Of a DNA stretch of 64,000 nucleotides, positions 31,131 to 43,878 are shown in pieces; within the stretch, counting starts at the first letter, position 1; the number at the start of each line of letters is the position of its first letter. The notes below the pieces were generated by a model. The model was not told the origin of the DNA, searched no databases, and saw nothing but the letters and a program-made list of their open reading frames with translations. Source of the stretch: Thermomonas sp. GTDB lineage: Bacteria; Pseudomonadota; Gammaproteobacteria; Xanthomonadales; Xanthomonadaceae. The position numbers were made by a program, and so were the translations under genes. The DNA lies in NCBI RefSeq assembly GCF_025993755.1, contig NZ_JAMQHN010000136.1:1823-65822 (forward strand), read 5' to 3'.

Positions 31131-32974
31131 TGTCCCGTTTCCGCAAGCGTCCGCGTTGGCTGGGCGGTGGCGATCGACGCGAGCGGATGTCTGCGCGTCC
31201 ACGCGCCCACGCCGGCTTCGACCTGCACAAGCGGATGTGGGTGGTCGGTATCGGGCTCGGCCTCGGCTCGACCATCCTGGTCGGGCGGGCGATGCAGCTT
31301 CAGGTCATCGACCGCGGCTTCTACCAGCAGCAGGGCGACGCGCGTTTCGTGCGCGAGCTGCCGATCGTGGCGTCGCGCGGAATGATCCTCGACCGCAACG
31401 GCGAACCGTTGGCGATTTCCTCGCCGGTGGAGTCGGTGTGGGTCAACCCGAAGGAACTGTTGCGGGCGCCGGAGCGGATCCCGGAGCTGGCCGATGCGTT
31501 GGGCATCCCGCGCGACGAGCTGGCCAGTCGACTGAGCGCGCGGGCCGACAAGGAATTCGTCTATCTCAAGCGGCGCATGAACCCGGATGACGCGGCGCGG
31601 GTCGTCGCGCTGGACATCCCCGGCGTGTCCAGCCAGCGCGAATACCGCCGCTTCTACCCGCAGGGTGAGGCGATGGCGCACATCCTCGGGTTCACCAATA
31701 TCGACGACCGTGGCCAGGAAGGCCTGGAACTGGCCTTCGACGACTGGCTCACCGGCAAGCCGGGCGCCAAGCGCGTGATTCGCGACAACCGCGGCCGGAT
31801 CGTCGAGAACGTCGACCTGGTGCGGGCGGCGCAGCCGGGGCGCGATCTGACGCTGAGCATCGACCGCCGCATCCAGTACCTGACCCATCGCGAGCTGCGC
31901 AACGCGATCGCCGAAACCGGCGCCAGCAGCGGGTCGGCGGTGGTGCTCGACGTGCACACCGGCGAAGTGCTGGCGATGGCCAACCTGCCGACCTTCAATC
32001 CCAACTCGGTCGGCAGCGCGCCCAGCGACGCCCATCGCAATCGCGCCGTGACGGATCTGCTGGAGCCCGGTTCGACGATGAAGCCGCTGACCGTCGCGGC
32101 GGCGCTGGAAGCCGGGGTGATCGCGCCGGAAACCCTGTTCAACACCAGCCCGGGCTGGATCCCCAACGGCAAGTACCGGACGACCGACACCCACAACTAC
32201 GGCGTGCTCGACACCACCGGCGTGATCCGCAAGAGCTCCAACGTCGGCGCGGCGCTGATCGCCAGGCGCCTGAGCGACGTCCAGTTCAACGACTTCCTGC
32301 GCCGCTTCGGCTACGGGCGGAGCACCGGCAGCGGGTTCCCGGGCGAGGCCGCGGGGTTGTTCCCGCAGCCGGCGCGCTGGAGCGGCACCACCAAGCAGAC
32401 CATGAGCTACGGCTACGGACTGTCGGTGACGCCGCTGCAGATCGCCACGGCCTACGCCGCCTTGGGCAACGGCGGCCTGTTGCACCAGCCCAGCTTCATC
32501 CACGGCGAGAACAAGCCGGCGCATCGGGTGCTTGATCCCCGGATCGCGGCCGAAGTGCTGCGGATGATGCAGACCGTCACCGAACCCGGCGGCACGGCGA
32601 CCCGCGCGGCGATCCTCGGCTACCACGTGGCCGGCAAGACCGGGACCTCGCGCAAGGCCAGCGGCGGCGGATATTCCCGACGCTACATCGGCTATTTCGC
32701 CGGGCTCGTGCCGGTCGATCGCCCGCGCTTCGCGATGGTGGTCGCGGTGAACGACCCGGATCCGGCGCGCGGGAGCTATTACGGCGGCGTGGTCGCCGCG
32801 CCGGTCTTCCACAACGTGATGGAAGGCGCGCTGCGGCTGATGGACGTGTCTCCGGACAATCTCGATGCCTGGCTTGCCGCGCAGGCGTCCGCAGACGCGA
32901 AGAGGCAGCGCGCAGGTGGGTCTGCGGCACCCGCGATGCCGGCACCTGCAGCCGTTCCAGGGAGGGCGCCATGA
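31127..32974 (+). CDS. ftsI: Septal transpeptidase PBP3/FtsI
   Basis: [16 protein letters not shown] (SxxK), KSSNVG (SxN) and GKTGT (KTG). Confidence 0.96.
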   Translation: MMSRFRKRPRWLGGGDRRERMSARPRAHAGFDLHKRMWVVGIGLGLGSTILVGRAMQLQVIDRGFYQQQGDARFVRELPIVASRGMILDRNGEPLAISSPVESVWVNPKELLRAPERIPELADALGIPRDELASRLSARADKEFVYLKRRMNPDDAARVVALDIPGVSSQREYRRFYPQGEAMAHILGFTNIDDRGQEGLELAFDDWLTGKPGAKRVIRDNRGRIVENVDLVRAAQPGRDLTLSIDRRIQYLTHRELRNAIAETGASSGSAVVLDVHTGEVLAMANLPTFNPNSVGSAPSDAHRNRAVTDLLEPGSTMKPLTVAAALEAGVIAPETLFNTSPGWIPNGKYRTTDTHNYGVLDTTGVIRKSSNVGAALIARRLSDVQFNDFLRRFGYGRSTGSGFPGEAAGLFPQPARWSGTTKQTMSYGYGLSVTPLQIATAYAALGNGGLLHQPSFIHGENKPAHRVLDPRIAAEVLRMMQTVTEPGGTATRAAILGYHVAGKTGTSRKASGGGYSRRYIGYFAGLVPVDRPRFAMVVAVNDPDPARGSYYGGVVAAPVFHNVMEGALRLMDVSPDNLDAWLAAQASADAKRQRAGGSAAPAMPAPAAVPGRAP

Positions 32975-34443
32975 CCCGCGCCATGCTGCTGCATGATCTG
33001 CTGCCGGAACTGGAAGGGCTGTCGGCGGATCTGGCCATCACCGGGCTGGTGCAGGACAGCCGCGAGCTGAAGGCAGGCGATGCCTTCGTCGCGATCGGCG
33101 GCTTCGGAACCCACGGGCTGACGTTTTGCGACCGGGTGCGCGCCGCCGGTGCGTCGGCGATCCTTTACGAACCGCCGGCGCCGGGCGACCTGCCGGCGCC
33201 CGCCGATGCGATCGCCGTGCCCGGATTGCGCGCGCGCATGGGTGCGATGGCCGACGCCTTCCACGGCCGTCCCAGCGCCGGCATGACGATGGTCGGCGTC
33301 ACCGGAACCAACGGGAAAACCTCCACCGTTCAATTGCTGGCGCAGGCGTGGACGCTGCGCGGGCAGACGGTCGGCACCATCGGCACTCTGGGTGCGGGCA
33401 TCTGGCCGAACGTCGTGCCGACCGGCTTCACCACGCCGCTGGTGCTGCGCCTGCACGCGCTGCTGGCCGAATTGCGCGACGAGGGCGCGGCGGCGGTGGC
33501 GATGGAGGTGTCCTCGCACGCGCTCGACCAGGGGCGGGTGGATGGCGTGCATTTCGACGTCGCGGTATTCACCAACCTGACCCGCGACCATCTCGACTAC
33601 CACGGCGACATGGCGCACTACGGTGCCGCCAAGGCCAGGCTGTTCGCGATGCCGGGCCTGCGCGCCGCGGCGGTCAATCTGGACGATGCCTTCGGGCGCG
33701 AGTTGCACGCGGCGGTGGCCGGCAAGGTGCGCGCGCTGGGCTTTTCCTCACGCGACGCCGCCGGTGCCGCGGTGCGCGCCGAGGACCTGGTGCTGGATGG
33801 CGCCGGAATCGGCTTCATGCTGCACGCCGGCGGTCAGGCGCATGTGGTGCGTTCGGCGCTGCTCGGGCGCTTCAACGTCGACAATCTGCTCGGCGTGGCC
33901 ACCACCCTGTTCGCGCTGGGCATGGCGCCGGCGCTGATTGCGCAGACCCTGTCGGAACTGTCGCCGGTGGACGGGCGCATGAATCGGCTCGGCGGCGAAG
34001 GCGGACTGCCGCTGGTGGTGGTGGACTACGCGCATACGCCCGACGCGCTGGAACAGGCGCTGGCGTCGCTGCGCGCCCACACCGTGGGCAAGCTGACCTG
34101 CGTGTTCGGCTGCGGCGGCGAGCGCGACACCGGCAAGCGCCCGCAAATGGCGGCGATCGCCGAGCGCCTGGCCGATCGGGTGTTCGTCACCGACGACAAT
34201 CCGCGCCACGAGGACGGCGATGCGATCGTCGCCGGCATCGTCGCTGGTTTCGCCGATCCGGCGAGGGTGATCGTGCAGCGCGACCGCGCCCGCGCCATCG
34301 CGCAGGCGATCGAATCCTCCGGCGCGCAGGACGTGGTGCTGATCGCCGGCAAAGGCCACGAGCCCTATCAGGACGTGGCGGGCGTCAAGCATCCGTTCGA
34401 GGATGCGGCAGTGGCGCGCGAGTGCCTGCGGAGGCACGCATGA
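32971..34443 (+). CDS. murE: UDP-MurNAc-tripeptide synthetase (meso-DAP)
   Basis: [27 protein letters not shown] and AGKGHE. Confidence 0.97.
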   Translation: MTRAMLLHDLLPELEGLSADLAITGLVQDSRELKAGDAFVAIGGFGTHGLTFCDRVRAAGASAILYEPPAPGDLPAPADAIAVPGLRARMGAMADAFHGRPSAGMTMVGVTGTNGKTSTVQLLAQAWTLRGQTVGTIGTLGAGIWPNVVPTGFTTPLVLRLHALLAELRDEGAAAVAMEVSSHALDQGRVDGVHFDVAVFTNLTRDHLDYHGDMAHYGAAKARLFAMPGLRAAAVNLDDAFGRELHAAVAGKVRALGFSSRDAAGAAVRAEDLVLDGAGIGFMLHAGGQAHVVRSALLGRFNVDNLLGVATTLFALGMAPALIAQTLSELSPVDGRMNRLGGEGGLPLVVVDYAHTPDALEQALASLRAHTVGKLTCVFGCGGERDTGKRPQMAAIAERLADRVFVTDDNPRHEDGDAIVAGIVAGFADPARVIVQRDRARAIAQAIESSGAQDVVLIAGKGHEPYQDVAGVKHPFEDAAVARECLRRHA

Positions 34444-35819
34444 AGCCGCTGGCGCTGTCCTGGATCGCGCAGGCCACCGGCGGTCGCCTGCAGGGTGAGG
34501 ATCGCACCATCGATGCCGTGGCCACCGACACCCGCGCCCTGCCGCAGGGTGGAACGCCGCTGTTCGTCGCGCTCAAGGGCGAGCAGTTCGACGGCCATGC
34601 GCACGTGCAGGCCGCCGCCGACGGCGGCTGCGTCGCCGCGCTGGTCGCGCGTCCGGTGGATGCGGCGCTCCCGCAGGTGATCGTGGCCGACACCGAGCGC
34701 GCGCTCGGCGATTTCGCGGCGGCGGTCCAGCGCGAACGCGCCACCCGGGTGCTGGCCGTCACCGGCAGCAACGGCAAGACCACGGTCAAGACCCTGCTGC
34801 ACTCGATCCTCACGGAACTGGGCGCCGCCTACGCCAATCCCGGCAACCGCAACAACGAGATCGGCCTGCCGCTGGCGGTGCTCGACGCGCCCGAGGACGC
34901 CCGCTTCGCCGTCTATGAAATGGGCGCCGGCAAGCCCGGCGACATCGCCTACCTCACCGCGATCGCGCGTCCGGACATCGCGCTGGTCAACAACATCGGT
35001 GCCGCGCATCTGGAGCGAATGGGCAGCCTGCAGGGCGTGGCGGAGACCAAGGGCGCGATCTACGACGCGCTGGCGGAAGACGGCGTTGCGGTGATCAATG
35101 CCGACGATGCGTTCGCACTGTATTTCACCGAGCGTGCGAACGGACGGAAGCTCCTGAGCTTCGGCATTGAGTCGCGCGCCGATGTGACGGCCCGCGACGT
35201 GCATGCCGGACTGGGCGGTTCCCGCTTCACGCTGGATGCGCCGGTCGGAACGAGCGTAATCACGCTTCCGCTGCCGGGACTGCACAACGTCCGCAACGCG
35301 TTGGCCGCGGCGACCATGGCCATAACTGCCGGTGCCGATATCGACCACGTCCGCGCCGGACTGGAGCAGTCCGCGCCGGTGGCCGGGCGACTGGTGGTGC
35401 GTCGCCTGGATGACGGCAGCGCGCTGATCGACGACAGCTACAACGCCAATCCAGGTTCGCTGGCGGCCGCGATCGACGTGCTCGCCGGCGCGGCGGGAAC
35501 GCGCTGGCTGGTGCTGGGCGACATGCGCGAGCTGGGCGGGGACGCCGCCGTGCTGCACGCGCAGGCCGGCGAACATGCGCGCCAGGCCGGAATCGAACGC
35601 CTGTACGTGCTGGGCGAACTGAGCGCGCATGCGGCTGCCGCGTTCGGCGCCGGTGCGCGCGTGTTCGACAGCCACGAGGCCTTGATCGCATCCCTGGATG
35701 CCGACCTGCGGTCCGCTGCGGCCGACGCCTCGCGCGTCACCGTCCTCGTCAAGGGCTCCCGCGGCAGCGCGATGGATCGGGTCGTGCGCGGCCTGCTCGA
35801 GCGCGGAGGTGGCCAGTGA
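34440..35819 (+). CDS. murF: UDP-MurNAc-pentapeptide synthetase
   Basis: [33 protein letters not shown] and VKGSRG. Confidence 0.97.
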   Translation: MKPLALSWIAQATGGRLQGEDRTIDAVATDTRALPQGGTPLFVALKGEQFDGHAHVQAAADGGCVAALVARPVDAALPQVIVADTERALGDFAAAVQRERATRVLAVTGSNGKTTVKTLLHSILTELGAAYANPGNRNNEIGLPLAVLDAPEDARFAVYEMGAGKPGDIAYLTAIARPDIALVNNIGAAHLERMGSLQGVAETKGAIYDALAEDGVAVINADDAFALYFTERANGRKLLSFGIESRADVTARDVHAGLGGSRFTLDAPVGTSVITLPLPGLHNVRNALAAATMAITAGADIDHVRAGLEQSAPVAGRLVVRRLDDGSALIDDSYNANPGSLAAAIDVLAGAAGTRWLVLGDMRELGGDAAVLHAQAGEHARQAGIERLYVLGELSAHAAAAFGAGARVFDSHEALIASLDADLRSAAADASRVTVLVKGSRGSAMDRVVRGLLERGGGQ

Positions 35820-35894
35820 CCGTCTTCCCGAACCCGATGCGCCGGCAGGTCCCGAGTCTGTCCGACCAACTCCTTCGAATCCCGGTGCCTGCCC

Positions 35895-36980
35895 ATGCTG
35901 CTTGAACTTACCCGCTGGCTGGAGCAGTTGCAGCGCCACTTCGGGCTGTTCAACTACCTCACCTTCCGCGCCATCCTTGCGGCGCTGACCGCGCTCGTGC
36001 TGGCGCTGTGGTGGGGGCCGGCGATGATCCGCTACCTGTCCACACTCAAAGGCGGCCAGCCGATCCGCAGCGATGGCCCGCAGTCGCATTTCTCCAAGGC
36101 CGGCACACCGACCATGGGCGGTTCGCTGATCCTGGCGTCGATCACCGCCACCGTGCTGCTGTGGGGCGACTTGCGCAACAAGTACGTGTGGGTGGTGCTG
36201 GCGGTGATGCTGGGTTTCGGCGCGATCGGCTGGGCCGACGACTGGATCAAGATCGTCAAGCGCGACCCCAACGGCATGCGCTCGCGCACCAAGTACGCGC
36301 TGCAGTCGCTGCTTGGCCTGGCGGCGGGCATCTACCTGTTCGCCTTTGCCGACGTGCCGGCGGCGACCACCTTCTATGTCCCGCTCTTCAAGTCGATCGC
36401 GCTGCCGATGGCAGGGGTCGGATTCGTCGCAGTCGCCTACTTCTGGATCGTCGGTTTCTCCAATGCGGTCAACCTGACCGATGGGCTCGATGGCCTGGCG
36501 ATCATGCCGACCGTGCTGGTCGCCTGCGCGCTGGGCGTGTTCGCCTATGCCTCCGGCCATGCCACCTTCGCGCAATATCTGCAGATTCCGAAGGTGCCGG
36601 GCGCCGGCGAGCTGATCATCATCTGCACGGCGATCGCCGGCGCCGGCCTGGGCTTCCTCTGGTACAACACCTATCCGGCGATGGTGTTCATGGGCGACAT
36701 CGGCGCGCTGGCGCTGGGCGCGGTGCTGGGAACCATTGCGGTGATCGTGCGCCAGGAACTGGTGCTGGTGCTGATGGGCGGTATCTTCGTCATCGAGACG
36801 CTGTCGGTGATGATCCAGGTCGCCAGCTTCAAGCTGACCGGCAAGCGCGTGTTCCGGATGGCGCCGATCCACCACCACTTCGAGCTCAAGGGCTGGCCGG
36901 AGCCGCGCGTGATCGTGCGCTTCTGGATCATCAGCGTGGTGCTGGTGCTGGTCGGTCTTGCCACGCTGAAGGTGCGCTGA
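35895..36980 (+). CDS. mraY: Phospho-MurNAc-pentapeptide translocase
   Basis: [28 protein letters not shown] and MAPIHHHFE. Confidence 0.98.
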   Translation: MLLELTRWLEQLQRHFGLFNYLTFRAILAALTALVLALWWGPAMIRYLSTLKGGQPIRSDGPQSHFSKAGTPTMGGSLILASITATVLLWGDLRNKYVWVVLAVMLGFGAIGWADDWIKIVKRDPNGMRSRTKYALQSLLGLAAGIYLFAFADVPAATTFYVPLFKSIALPMAGVGFVAVAYFWIVGFSNAVNLTDGLDGLAIMPTVLVACALGVFAYASGHATFAQYLQIPKVPGAGELIIICTAIAGAGLGFLWYNTYPAMVFMGDIGALALGAVLGTIAVIVRQELVLVLMGGIFVIETLSVMIQVASFKLTGKRVFRMAPIHHHFELKGWPEPRVIVRFWIISVVLVLVGLATLKVR

Positions 36981-38317
36981 TGAACGCGGCCGTCCTCGAC
37001 AACGCCCGCCAGGCCACCCGCATCCACGAGATCGGCGGACGCTACGACCACTGGCTGCTGGGCAGCGTGCTGGCGCTGGCCTGCCTCGGGGTGGTGATGA
37101 TCGGTTCGGCGGCGATCGCCGGTGGAGGGCAGGGCGCTGGCCCGTGGTATTTCCTCGACCGCCACGCGATCTATCTGTGCCTCGGCCTGGCGCTGGCGGC
37201 GGCGGCGATGCGGATCGAGCTGAAGCTCGTCGAGAAGTACGGGCAGTGGCTGCTGCTGGCCTGCTTCCTGGTGCTTGCCGTGGTGTGGGTGCCCTTCGTC
37301 GGCAAGTCCGTGAACGGCGCGCGGCGCTGGATCAACCTCGGCCCCGCCAGCTTCCAGGCGGTGGAGATGGTCAAGGTCTTCTACATCATCTGGCTGGCCA
37401 GCTATCTCAAGCGCTACAGCGAAGACGTGGTCGTCACCTGGTATGCCATGGCCAAGCCGGTGGGTGTGGCCGTGCTGCTGGTCGGCATGCTGCTGGCGCA
37501 GCCGGATTTCGGCTCTTCGGTGCTGCTGCTGGGGATCACCGCCGGGATGCTGCTGCTGGGCGGTGCGCCGATCAAGCGCCTGATCCTGCCGGTGCTGGTG
37601 CTGGTTCCGGGGCTCGTCCTGCTGGTGGTGTTCGAGCCTTACCGCATGCGCCGCGTGACGTCGTTCATGGATCCCTGGCAGGATCAGCTCGGCGCCGGCT
37701 ACCAGCTCAGCAATGCGCTGATGGCGATCGGCCGCGGCGAGTGGTTCGGGGTCGGGCTGGGCGGATCGGTGCAGAAGCTGTCCTATCTGCCCGAAGCGCA
37801 CACCGACTTCATCTTCTCGGTGATGGCCGAAGAACTCGGGCTGGTTGGCGTGTGCGCCGTGGTGGGCCTGTACGTGCTGCTGGCGGGACGCGCGTTCTGG
37901 CTGGGCCTGAAGTGCGTGGAGATGAAGCGCCATTTCTCCGGCTACCTCGCCTTCGGCATCGCGCTGTGGATGACCTTGCAGAGCTTCGTCTCGATCGGGG
38001 TCAATCTCGGGATCCTGCCGACCAAGGGGCTGACCCTGCCGCTGGTGTCCTACGGCGGATCCAGCGTGTTGATGACCTGCGCCGCGCTGGGGCTGCTGCT
38101 GCGGGTGTCCTGGGAATACGAGCGTGCGGCGCGGCAGGTGGCCTTGCGTCGCGCCGTGGGGTCCACGCCGGCCCAGGGCGCCGCGCCGCAGACGGCGCAG
38201 CCGCCCGCCGACGGCGGTGTGCGAAACAGCGCGCGCGGGCGTGGCCGGATCGAGCCGGCGTTTGCGCACACGCCGGCGGAATCCGCCGCCCAATCCGCAC
38301 TCCGGAGGGCACGTTGA
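36980..38317 (+). CDS. ftsW: SEDS peptidoglycan polymerase FtsW
   Basis: [23 protein letters not shown] and [10 protein letters not shown]. Confidence 0.97.
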   Translation: MNAAVLDNARQATRIHEIGGRYDHWLLGSVLALACLGVVMIGSAAIAGGGQGAGPWYFLDRHAIYLCLGLALAAAAMRIELKLVEKYGQWLLLACFLVLAVVWVPFVGKSVNGARRWINLGPASFQAVEMVKVFYIIWLASYLKRYSEDVVVTWYAMAKPVGVAVLLVGMLLAQPDFGSSVLLLGITAGMLLLGGAPIKRLILPVLVLVPGLVLLVVFEPYRMRRVTSFMDPWQDQLGAGYQLSNALMAIGRGEWFGVGLGGSVQKLSYLPEAHTDFIFSVMAEELGLVGVCAVVGLYVLLAGRAFWLGLKCVEMKRHFSGYLAFGIALWMTLQSFVSIGVNLGILPTKGLTLPLVSYGGSSVLMTCAALGLLLRVSWEYERAARQVALRRAVGSTPAQGAAPQTAQPPADGGVRNSARGRGRIEPAFAHTPAESAAQSALRRAR

Positions 38318-39399
38318 AAGCGATCGCGCCACTGGTGGTGGTGATGGCCGGCGGCACCGGCGGCCACATCTTTCCCGGCCTTGCGGTGGCCCAGGCGCTG
38401 CGGGACGCCGGGGCGCGCGTGCGCTGGCTGGGCGCGGACGGCGGCATGGAAACGCGGCTGGTGCCGCAGCAGGGCATCGCCATCGACACCATCGCGGTCA
38501 AGGGCGTGCGCGGCAAGGGCCTGCTGACCCTGCTCGGCGCGCCGCTGCGGGTGCTGCAGGCGGTGCGCGCGGCGGCGGCCGTGCTGCGGCGCGAGCGTCC
38601 GGACGCGGCGATCAGCTTCGGCGGCTATGCGGCAGGCCCGGGCGGCATCGCCGCGCGGCTGGCGGGCATTCCGCTGCTGGTGCACGAGCAGAACCGCGCC
38701 GCCGGGATGACCAACAAGGTGCTGGCGAAGCTGGCGCGCAAGGTGCTGGTCGGCTTTCCGCAAACCTTCGCCAAAGAAACCCTGGTCGGCAATCCGGTGC
38801 GCGCGCAGATCGCGCAGGTGCCACCGCCGGAAGCGCGTGGATTCGATCACGGCGGCCCGCTGCGGCTGTTGGTGCTGGGCGGCAGCCAGGGCGCGCGTGC
38901 GCTCAATGCGGCAGTGCCGGCGGCGGTGGCGGCGCTGGGGCTGCCGGTGGACGTGCTGCATCAGGCGGGCGAGAAACTTCTCGATGAGGCCCGCGCCGCC
39001 TATGCGAAGGCCGGCGTGCAGGCGCGGGTGGAGCCGTTCATCGCCGACATGGCCGCGGCCTACGGTTGGGCCGACCTGGTGGTGTGTCGCGCCGGCGCGC
39101 TGACCCTGGCCGAGCTGTGCGCGGTAGGCGTGGGCGGCGTGCTGGTGCCGTTCCCGCAGGCGGTGGACGATCACCAGACCCGCAATGCGCAATATCTGGT
39201 CGAGCGCGGCGCGGCGCTGCTGTTGCCGCAGTCCGACGATCTGGCATCGCGTCTGGGCGAAGTCCTGAAGACGCTGGCGACCGATCCCGGCCGCCGCGTG
39301 GGCATGGCCCGCGCCGCCCGGGCGCTGGCGCGACCCGACGCCGCGCGCGATGTCGCCGCTGCGGTTCTGGAAACCCTTTCCCCCGAGGTGGCGCGATGA
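38314..39399 (+). CDS. murG: Lipid II GlcNAc transferase
   Basis: [25 protein letters not shown] and DDHQ; TTG start overlapping the ftsW stop. Confidence 0.97.
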   Translation: MKAIAPLVVVMAGGTGGHIFPGLAVAQALRDAGARVRWLGADGGMETRLVPQQGIAIDTIAVKGVRGKGLLTLLGAPLRVLQAVRAAAAVLRRERPDAAISFGGYAAGPGGIAARLAGIPLLVHEQNRAAGMTNKVLAKLARKVLVGFPQTFAKETLVGNPVRAQIAQVPPPEARGFDHGGPLRLLVLGGSQGARALNAAVPAAVAALGLPVDVLHQAGEKLLDEARAAYAKAGVQARVEPFIADMAAAYGWADLVVCRAGALTLAELCAVGVGGVLVPFPQAVDDHQTRNAQYLVERGAALLLPQSDDLASRLGEVLKTLATDPGRRVGMARAARALARPDAARDVAAAVLETLSPEVAR

Positions 39400-40853
39400 A
39401 CGCGCATGTTCCCTATCTGCGCCAGATCGGCGATGCCAGCCGGGCGCTGCCGTGCGTCCACTTCGTCGGCATCGGTGGCGCCGGCATGAGCGGCATCGCC
39501 GAAGTGATGCGCACCCAGGGCTATCGCGTGACCGGCTCCGACGCCGCCGAGACCCCGGTGACGCGGCGGCTGGCGGGGCTGGGCATCGAAATCCGCAAGG
39601 GCCACGCCTCGGCGAACGTGCTGGGCGCCGACTGCGTGGTGATCTCCAGCGCGATCAAGCCGGATAACCCCGAATTGCTGGAAGCGCGCGCGCAGCGCAT
39701 CCCGGTGGTGCCGCGCGCGGAGATGCTGGCCGAGCTGATGCGCTTCAAGCGCGGCGTCGCGGTGGCCGGCACCCACGGCAAGACCACCACCACCTCGCTG
39801 ACCGCCAGCGTGCTGGCCGAAGGCGAACTCGATCCGACCTTCGTGATCGGCGGCAAGCTGCTCGCCGCCGGCGCCAACGCGCGGCTGGGCAAGGGCGACT
39901 GGCTGGTGGCCGAAGCCGACGAGAGCGACGGCAGCTTCCTGCGCCTGAATCCTGCGGTGGCGGTCATCACCAACATCGACGCCGACCATCTGGAGAACTA
40001 CGGCGGCGATTTCGAGCGGGTGAAGCAGGCTTTTGCAGAATTCCTGCACCGGCTGCCGTTCTACGGGCTGGCGGTGCTGTGCATCGACAATGCCGAAGTG
40101 GCGGCGCTGGCCCACGGCATCACCCGCCATCTGGTCACCTACGGGTTCGATCCCGAAGCCGACGTGCGGGCCGCCGACGTGCGCCAGCAGGGCGGGCGGA
40201 TGTTGTTCACGCTGTGCCTGCCGGACGGTTCCCGCACGGCGTGCAACCTCGCCTTGCCGGGGCGCCACAACGTGCAGAACGCGCTGGCCGCGGCCGCCAT
40301 CGGCTGGCAGCTGGGCGTGCCGAACGCGGCGATCGCACGCGCGTTCGAGAACTTCCAGGGGATCGGCCGGCGTTTCAACCAGCTGGCGACCCTGCGGCTG
40401 CCGGAGGGTGGCGAAGCGATCCTGGTCGACGACTACGGCCATCACCCCAAGGAACTGGCGGCGGTGTTCGCGGCGGCGCGCGGCGGCTGGTCGGAAAAAC
40501 GCCTGGTGGTGGCGTTCCAGCCGCACCGCTACACCCGCACCCGCGATTTGTTCGACGACTTCGCGGCGGTGCTGTCGAGCGTCGATGCGCTGCTGTTGAC
40601 CGAGGTGTATCCGGCCGGCGAGGCGCCGATCGTGGGCGCCGACGCCAAATCGCTGGCGCGCTCGATCCGCACCCGCGGCCGGGTCGATCCGGTGGTGGTC
40701 GGCAGCGTCGCCGAACTCGGCGAGGCGCTGGCGGGAATGCTGTGCGACGGGGACCTGCTGCTGATGATGGGCGCGGGCGACATCGGCGCGGCCGCGCAGC
40801 AGCTGGCGCGCGACGGGCTGCCGGCCAGCCCGGCCCAGGGAGAACAGACATGA
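39396..40853 (+). CDS. murC: UDP-MurNAc-L-alanine ligase
   Basis: [33 protein letters not shown] and FQPHRY. Confidence 0.97.
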   Translation: MNAHVPYLRQIGDASRALPCVHFVGIGGAGMSGIAEVMRTQGYRVTGSDAAETPVTRRLAGLGIEIRKGHASANVLGADCVVISSAIKPDNPELLEARAQRIPVVPRAEMLAELMRFKRGVAVAGTHGKTTTTSLTASVLAEGELDPTFVIGGKLLAAGANARLGKGDWLVAEADESDGSFLRLNPAVAVITNIDADHLENYGGDFERVKQAFAEFLHRLPFYGLAVLCIDNAEVAALAHGITRHLVTYGFDPEADVRAADVRQQGGRMLFTLCLPDGSRTACNLALPGRHNVQNALAAAAIGWQLGVPNAAIARAFENFQGIGRRFNQLATLRLPEGGEAILVDDYGHHPKELAAVFAAARGGWSEKRLVVAFQPHRYTRTRDLFDDFAAVLSSVDALLLTEVYPAGEAPIVGADAKSLARSIRTRGRVDPVVVGSVAELGEALAGMLCDGDLLLMMGAGDIGAAAQQLARDGLPASPAQGEQT

Positions 40854-41797
40854 GCCAGGACAAGTTGCCGCCGCTGCGGATCACCGATGCGTCGGCGTTC
40901 GGCCGGGTCGCCGTGCTGATGGGCGGCACCAGCAGCGAGCGCGAGGTGTCGCTGGATTCCGGCCGCAACGTGCTGGCCGGACTGCAGGCGCGCGGCATCG
41001 ACGCGCATGCGGTGGACGGCATCCCGGCGTTGGTCGATGCGCTGGTGCACGGCCAGTTCGACCGCGTCTTCAACATCCTGCACGGCAACCGCGGCGGCGG
41101 CGAGGACGGCGTGCTGCAGGGCTTCCTTGCGGCCTTCGAGATTCCCTGCACCGGCTCGGGCGTGCTCGGCAGCGCGCTGACCATGGACAAGATCCGCACC
41201 AAGCAGGTGTGGATGAGCACGGGCCTGCCGACGCCGCGTTTCCTGCGCCTGCCGCCCGGCGCCGATCTGCGCGCGGCGGCGGAGGAACTGGGCCTGCCGG
41301 TGTTCGTGAAGCCGTCGTGCGAAGGATCCAGCGTCGGTGCCGTGCGGGTGGACAGCGCGGCGGCGCTGGACGAGGCAGAGCGGGTTCAGCGCGAGTATGG
41401 CGGCGAAATGCTGATGGAGTCGCTGGTTGTCGGCGACGAATTGACCGTCGCCATTCTCGGCGAGACCGCGCTGCCCTCGATCCGGATCGTGGCCAGGGAA
41501 GGCTGGTACGACTACAAGGCCAAGTACCTCGTCGAGGACACCCAATACCTGTGCCCCGGGCTGGAAGGGAACGAGGAAGCCGCGATTCGCGCGCTGGCGC
41601 TGCGCGCCTTCCAGGCCGCCGGCGCCAGCGGCTGGGGTCGGGTCGACGTGATGCGCGACGGCGACGGCCGGTTGTGGCTGCTCGAAGTCAACACCGCCCC
41701 CGGGATGACCAGCCATTCGCTGGTGCCCAAGGCCGCCCGCGAATTCGGGGTGTCCTTCGAGGAGCTGTGCTGGCGGATCCTGGAGCAGACGCTATGA
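40850..41797 (+). CDS. ddl: D-alanine-D-alanine ligase
   Basis: [22 protein letters not shown] and [10 protein letters not shown]. Confidence 0.97.
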   Translation: MSQDKLPPLRITDASAFGRVAVLMGGTSSEREVSLDSGRNVLAGLQARGIDAHAVDGIPALVDALVHGQFDRVFNILHGNRGGGEDGVLQGFLAAFEIPCTGSGVLGSALTMDKIRTKQVWMSTGLPTPRFLRLPPGADLRAAAEELGLPVFVKPSCEGSSVGAVRVDSAAALDEAERVQREYGGEMLMESLVVGDELTVAILGETALPSIRIVAREGWYDYKAKYLVEDTQYLCPGLEGNEEAAIRALALRAFQAAGASGWGRVDVMRDGDGRLWLLEVNTAPGMTSHSLVPKAAREFGVSFEELCWRILEQTL

Positions 41798-42567
41798 CCG
41801 CCGTCACGCGCCTGCTGGCCTGGCTGCTGGCGCTGGCGCTGGTCGCGCTGCCGGTGGCGGGCGTGGTCCAGGGCTGGTGGGGTGGAGCCTACTGGCCGCT
41901 GCGGACATTGCGCGTGCAGGGGCCGTTGCAGCGGGTGGATCGGGCGCAGTTGCAGGCGGCGGTGCGGCCGCTGGCGCAGCGCGGTTTCTTCGCCGTCGAT
42001 CTGGGTGGGATCCAGGCCGCGGTCGCCGCGGTGCCCTGGGTCGAGCATGCGGAAGTGCGAAAGCAGTGGCCGGATGTGCTCGAAGTGCGGATCCGCGAAT
42101 ACCGGCCGGTGGCACGCTGGGGCCAGACGCAGGTGCTGTCCGAACGCGGCCACCTGTTCCCGGTCGGTGCGCTGCGCCTGCCCGCGGGCCTGCCGTTGCT
42201 GGACGGGCCGGAGGCGCGGGTGCCCGAGGTCGTGAAGCTGTACAACGAAGCGCGCGGGCAGCTGGCCCGTTCCGGCGGAGTGCGCGGGGTGGCGATCGAC
42301 CGGCGCGGCAGCTGGTCGATCACCCTGCAGGACGGCACCGATCTCGTGCTGGGCCGCAACGATCCGGAAGCGCGGCTGGCCCGCTTTGCGCCCTTGCTGC
42401 CGCAGTTGCAGGCGCAGAACCCGCAGCGCCGTCTGGCGCTGGCCGACCTGCGCTACACGAACGGCTTTGCCCTGACCTGGGTGAAGGCCGAGCCCGCGCC
42501 CGAGAACGCATCCGGCAGTCGCGACGCTGCCCCCACGACAAACCCGAGACCCGGCACCAGGACATGA
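41794..42567 (+). CDS. ftsQ: Cell division protein FtsQ
   Basis: TM plus POTRA domain ([14 protein letters not shown]) and DLRYTNGFA. Confidence 0.95.
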   Translation: MTAVTRLLAWLLALALVALPVAGVVQGWWGGAYWPLRTLRVQGPLQRVDRAQLQAAVRPLAQRGFFAVDLGGIQAAVAAVPWVEHAEVRKQWPDVLEVRIREYRPVARWGQTQVLSERGHLFPVGALRLPAGLPLLDGPEARVPEVVKLYNEARGQLARSGGVRGVAIDRRGSWSITLQDGTDLVLGRNDPEARLARFAPLLPQLQAQNPQRRLALADLRYTNGFALTWVKAEPAPENASGSRDAAPTTNPRPGTRT

Positions 42568-43802
42568 ATTCCAAAGGCGGCAAATCCCTCATCGTCGGCC
42601 TCGACATCGGCACCTCCAAGGTGACGGCGCTGGTCGGCGAATACGCGCCCGGCGAGCCGATCGAGGTGATCGGCATCGGCACCCACGAATCCCGGGGCAT
42701 GCGCCGCGGCGTCGTGGTCGACATCGATTCCACCGTGCAGTCGATCCAGCGCGCCGTCGAGGAGGCCGAGCTGATGGCGGGCTGCGAGGTGCGCAGCGTC
42801 TATGCGTCGATCTCCGGCAGCCACGTGCAGTGCCTGAACTCCAACGGCGTGGTGCCGGTGCGCGACGGCGAAGTGAGCTACGACGACCTGGCGCGGGTGC
42901 TCGACGCCGCCAAGGCGGTGGCGATTCCGGCCGACCAGCGCATCCTCCACGCGATCCCGCGCGAGTACGTGCTCGACAACTCCCAATCGGACATCAAGAA
43001 CCCGGTCGGCATGACCGGCGTCCGGCTGGAAGTCCATGCCCATCTCATCACCTGCGCGCAGTCGGCGGCGCAGAACATCGGCAAGTGCGTGCAGCGCTGC
43101 GGGCTGCAGGTCGACGAGATGATCGTCTCCTCCCTGGCCTCCAGCACCGCGGTGCTCACCGACGACGAGCGCGACCTGGGCGTGGTGCTGGTCGACATGG
43201 GCGCCGGCACGACCGACATCGCGGTGTTCGTGCAGGGCGCGATCTGCCATACCGCCAACCTGCCGGTGGCCGGCGACAAGGTGACCGAGGACATCGCGCA
43301 CATGCTGCGCACGCCCTCGCCGCACGCCGAGGACATCAAGGTCAAGTACGCCTGCGCGCTGGCGCAGCTGGCGCGCGCCGAGGAGAGCATCCAGGTCGAG
43401 AGCGTCGGCGACCGCCCGCCGCGGCGGATGCCGCGCCAGAGCCTGGCGCAGACGGTCCAGGCCCGCTACGAGGACATCTTCGAACTGGTGCAGGCCGAAC
43501 TGCGGCGTTCCGGCTTCGAGGAGCGGGTGCGCGCCGGCATGGTGCTCACCGGCGGCGCTTCGAAGATGGAAGGCGTGGTCGAGCTGGCCGAGGAAATGCT
43601 GCAGATGCCGGTCCGGATCGGCGTGCCGCAGCACGTCACCGGGCTGGGCGAAGTGGTGGGCAATCCGGTCCACGCCACCGGCGTGGGGCTGCTGCTGATG
43701 GGCAGCAGGGTGGAGGCGCCGAGGCGACCGAAGAAATTGACGGCGGGCAAGCCGGGCGGGCGTGTGGACAGGCTTTTCAAGTGGTTTCGGGGCGAGTTTT
43801 AG
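42564..43802 (+). CDS. ftsA: Cell division protein FtsA
   Basis: [17 protein letters not shown] and VLTGGA actin-fold motifs. Confidence 0.97.
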   Translation: MNSKGGKSLIVGLDIGTSKVTALVGEYAPGEPIEVIGIGTHESRGMRRGVVVDIDSTVQSIQRAVEEAELMAGCEVRSVYASISGSHVQCLNSNGVVPVRDGEVSYDDLARVLDAAKAVAIPADQRILHAIPREYVLDNSQSDIKNPVGMTGVRLEVHAHLITCAQSAAQNIGKCVQRCGLQVDEMIVSSLASSTAVLTDDERDLGVVLVDMGAGTTDIAVFVQGAICHTANLPVAGDKVTEDIAHMLRTPSPHAEDIKVKYACALAQLARAEESIQVESVGDRPPRRMPRQSLAQTVQARYEDIFELVQAELRRSGFEERVRAGMVLTGGASKMEGVVELAEEMLQMPVRIGVPQHVTGLGEVVGNPVHATGVGLLLMGSRVEAPRRPKKLTAGKPGGRVDRLFKWFRGEF

Positions 43803-43836
43803 AGGACAGGGCAGGCAGGCGCGCGGTTCACGAAGC

Positions 43837-43864
43837 ACCAATTACCAATCACCAATCACAACTA
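43837..43864 (+). repeat. Short heptamer tandem repeat upstream of ftsZ
   Basis: ACCAATT-ACCAATC-ACCAATC-ACAACTA immediately before the ftsZ SD (AAAGGA). Confidence 0.7.
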
Positions 43865-43878
43865 GAAAGGACACGGAC

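Noticed and set aside
36970..36990. murD missing between mraY and ftsW
   Set aside because: Clean TGATG junction with no remnant; relocation of murD is typical of Xanthomonadaceae, so it is not evidence of loss.
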